A stretch of DNA of 64,000 nt from Rhizophagus irregularis (Eukaryota), in the NCBI RefSeq assembly GCF_026210795.1, contig NC_089431.1, positions 2,108,001 through 2,172,000 of the forward strand, written 5' to 3'. Below, piece by piece: positions 60,969-64,000 of this stretch. Under the pieces are notes generated by a model. That model saw only the letters and a program-made list of their open reading frames with translations. It was not told the DNA's origin and ran no database searches. How positions within the stretch are numbered: position 1 is the stretch's first letter; each line of letters begins with the position of its first letter. The translations under genes were made by a program, and so were the position numbers.

Positions 60969-63900
60969 CCCAAAGTAAGGGGGAAATAATTTCTCCTTGA
61001 TCGATACCAACACGTACTCAATAAGCAGCTGTATCACCATGACAAGTAATAATTTTATTATTACGTCATGTAAAAAGATTCAAAATGAATTGCACTAGAA
61101 GTGTAAGAATATGTAATCTAACTAAAGCTAATTTAAGCATATTCAAATCCATAGAATCAAAAGCTTTAGAAATATCTTGAGAAACGATCCATAGTTCCTG
61201 ATCATCAGTAGAGTCATGTTTTTGTTGATAGATAATCGCATCAAGCATTTTAATAGGGACATCAGTCGAACCACCAGGCAGACCCGCAAAATTACCTCCT
61301 TGAAGAACCTTACTATCAGCAAGAATGTTGGAAAGACGATTAGTAACAACCTTAACTACACATTTTCGAACCATTTCCAGAAGAGTAATAGGTCAAGTGT
61401 TCTTGAGTTGAGCATCAAAATCATGGGGTTTAGGAATAGGATAAACCACGGCTTTACGCCAATCAGTAGGAATATCGCCGCAAAAAAGGCAGGTATTGGC
61501 AAGTAAAAGAGAGAAATCCAAGGCTTCATCTGACAAATGTTTTATCATCTCATAAGAAATTTTTGAAGGGCCGGACGCTTTGTTATTTGGCATGGAGGAG
61601 ATTACATCAGACCATTCTTGTAGGGAAATAGGCGCCAAAACAGGATCATATAACGAAGCAGACATACCGGAAAGGGGGTGTAAGCTTGTTACCATCGATC
61701 AGGGAATGAAGCGATAGAAGAATATCGGACCAACGGAGGAGAAACAATTGACTGGAAGTGAGTAATAGCAGCTTGCTTAATATCTGAAGGATCTGTTAAA
61801 AGAGTAGGAGTAGAGTCCAGGACAACCAAGACGCGGTCAAGAATAATTGAACGTTTTTCAACTGATAAGGCAGAGTCTATAAAGGTGCCAAGCGAGTTCG
61901 AAAAATGTTTGTCACGTAATGCAGTGTAATATTCCACAGAGTCCGTAAGATGTTGGGCGAATTTAGTGGATAAAAAGGCAGAAATTAAATTCTTTTGTGA
62001 TTGTAAAAAGGATTTAAATTCAGATACGGAAGTTGTAGAATAAGTAGGAACTGAAAATCAGGAAGCAAAGATGCAAGATTCACTAGGTGGGAAGGTAAAG
62101 CAGCAATCATTTGCGAAATTTGAGTAGGTTGATTAAAATGACGAATAGTAAGGCGATATAAAATTCGATCTAAAAACTTGTTGATAGCAATAAGTTTAGT
62201 TAATTCAGGAGAATAGGAATGTCGTTGCGTGTTGGAAACCTTATGAAAAAATAATGTTTCAATTGCAGCACTAAGTATGGCAGCTTTCAAGGCATGCCAC
62301 ATACGATCAAGAGAAAGAGAAGAGAAATCAAGACAAGAATTATATTGTTTATCTAAATACACTCCAAGACAATCATCCACTTCAGCGGTGAAATTATTCC
62401 ATTGTTCAACTGAAGTGGAGGTATAAGAAAAGATAGTACGCATTTCTTTTTTTTGTTTAAGACGAGACTTGGCCAAAATAGCCAGGCAAGAACTGAAGTC
62501 AAAAACAGTTGTAAGAACTTGGGCAAGCAACCACTTGCGAAAAAAGGCCAGGAGCAGAAAAACCAGGTGAAGACCAGATATAATCCAGTCTAGAAGATCC
62601 ATTAGCATAATAAAAGGTAGGATCAGGACCCTTAGGAGAAGAATGAGCTTGATGATCGGTAAAAAACCGATAAGAAAGTAAACAAAGAAGTCTAAAATGA
62701 TTGGGTGAATAATTGAAGTGAGCAATTTCATCAACATTGAAGTCGCCAAGGATAACTACAAGCACGGGCATGATCAAGCCAAGAAAGAAGTTTGGCAATA
62801 AGATCATTACAAATAGACTGATGAATAGAACCAGAAGGGGATAATATAAAGAAATAATAAAAATTTTTGTCTGATGAAAAAAAAGATCCAATTTAAGACC
62901 AAGAATCAATTGTTTGAACATGTTTATGAAGAGGATTACGAAGCAATATACCAACACCATCATGGGGACGAGAAGAGGTTGAACAGGCCTAATAGGACTT
63001 AAAATGATGTTGGGAATGATCATTTTTGAAAATAAATTTAGCAATTGAAGGGAAAAGGTGGGTATCATTCAAAGATAAAGCACCAAAAGAAGAGTGAAGA
63101 AAGAAATTAAGTAAATGTTGTTGTCTAACCGGGGAACATAAACCATTAACATTAATTTGATCAAATTTAATAAGAGGAGAAGGGGGAGGAGAAAAATTAT
63201 GTTTATTATTGTCCATCATTACTACACTATGATAAAAAGTGTAAGTAGTAAAGGAAAATAATTGGTAATCAATAATTATTGGGAGTTCGCATTATCACGA
63301 GCAACCAAGAATTGTTTTTGTTGAACCATGCCTTGTTGAACCGTTTTAGTGAGTTCAGTAACTGTAGCAGTAAGAGAGGAAAGGCGATCCTGTGGTGAAG
63401 TGGCAGGACCAGGGATCAGACTCATATGGGGAGGGAGAGGAATATGTAATTGAGCGGTAAAGTTGGGACCATTTGGTGGTGAAACAGGGGAGCTAAAATC
63501 CATGAGGTTGTCACTAAGACGTCTAGAATCAGAGGATTCATTATTATCCTATTCTTGATCAATAGGTGCTGTTTCAGGAGGAAGAGGAGCATGAGGTTGC
63601 GAGGATCTTGGAATAGAAGGGGAAAAGTGTTGGTCTTCTAACCATTTAACTCGATTTTGAAGTTGGGCAAATTCTGTGGTTAGATGAGTAATCTTTTCAA
63701 GTATGATAGTGATTTGTTCAGTAATATACTGCCAATCTATTAAAGGCGGAACATCCATTGCAGCTACGTCGTGATCCAAATCTGATTGAGAAGGACAATG
63801 AGGATGACGATGAGCATTATGTTGAGAGCGCGAACGTGAAGAATGAGGATGAGACTGGGACCGGGAAGAAACTCTTCTACTGGCAGCATCGGCATAAGAT

Positions 63901-64000
63901 CTGTGTTGGGAATTGGCAGGTCGTGCAAAATGATTATGACGTTTAGCAGGATGAGATGGAGGTAAGTGTTTGTTATATAATTCACGCAATTTATCATTGC

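Larger units (their letters stand above)
54598..64000 (-). mobile_element. LINE family 1 copy 2, degraded, 5' end outside the window, interrupted by a hAT
   Basis: ORF2 fragments from 63219 to 54850 are homologous to 17740-23121; ORF1 C-terminus at 63276-64000; 3' end GTCAAAAGACTGTTTGCACA abuts GGAAAAGGATAAAACTACC. Confidence 0.93.

Overview
AT-rich eukaryotic DNA with short spliceosomal introns, almost entirely nested transposable elements. It looks like a Glomeromycota/Rhizophagus-type fungal genome; that is an inference from composition and TE content. No intact host gene is evident. An old, degraded + strand LINE (about 7.2-46.3 kb) is split by two CACTA/CMC-like elements, each with an ATA target-site duplication (TSD). 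The main signal is two related families of APE-RT-RNase H non-LTR retrotransposons that lack long poly(A) tails and appear to insert site-specifically into non-autonomous DNA transposons. Family 1 has two diverged copies (15555-23371 and 54598 to beyond the window end) at the same position in two copies of a pogo-like MITE. A ~1-kb highly structured SINE-like element occupies the same site. Family 2 has two near-intact 8.2-kb copies in tandem inside the terminal inverted repeat (TIR) of a CACTG hairpin MITE. Also present: hAT MITEs with palindromic tandem arrays, a near-complete intron-containing hAT, ORF1-only retroposons, a RAG1/Transib-like transposase pseudogene, a MULE fragment and several satellites. 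All alignments and counts were done by eye.
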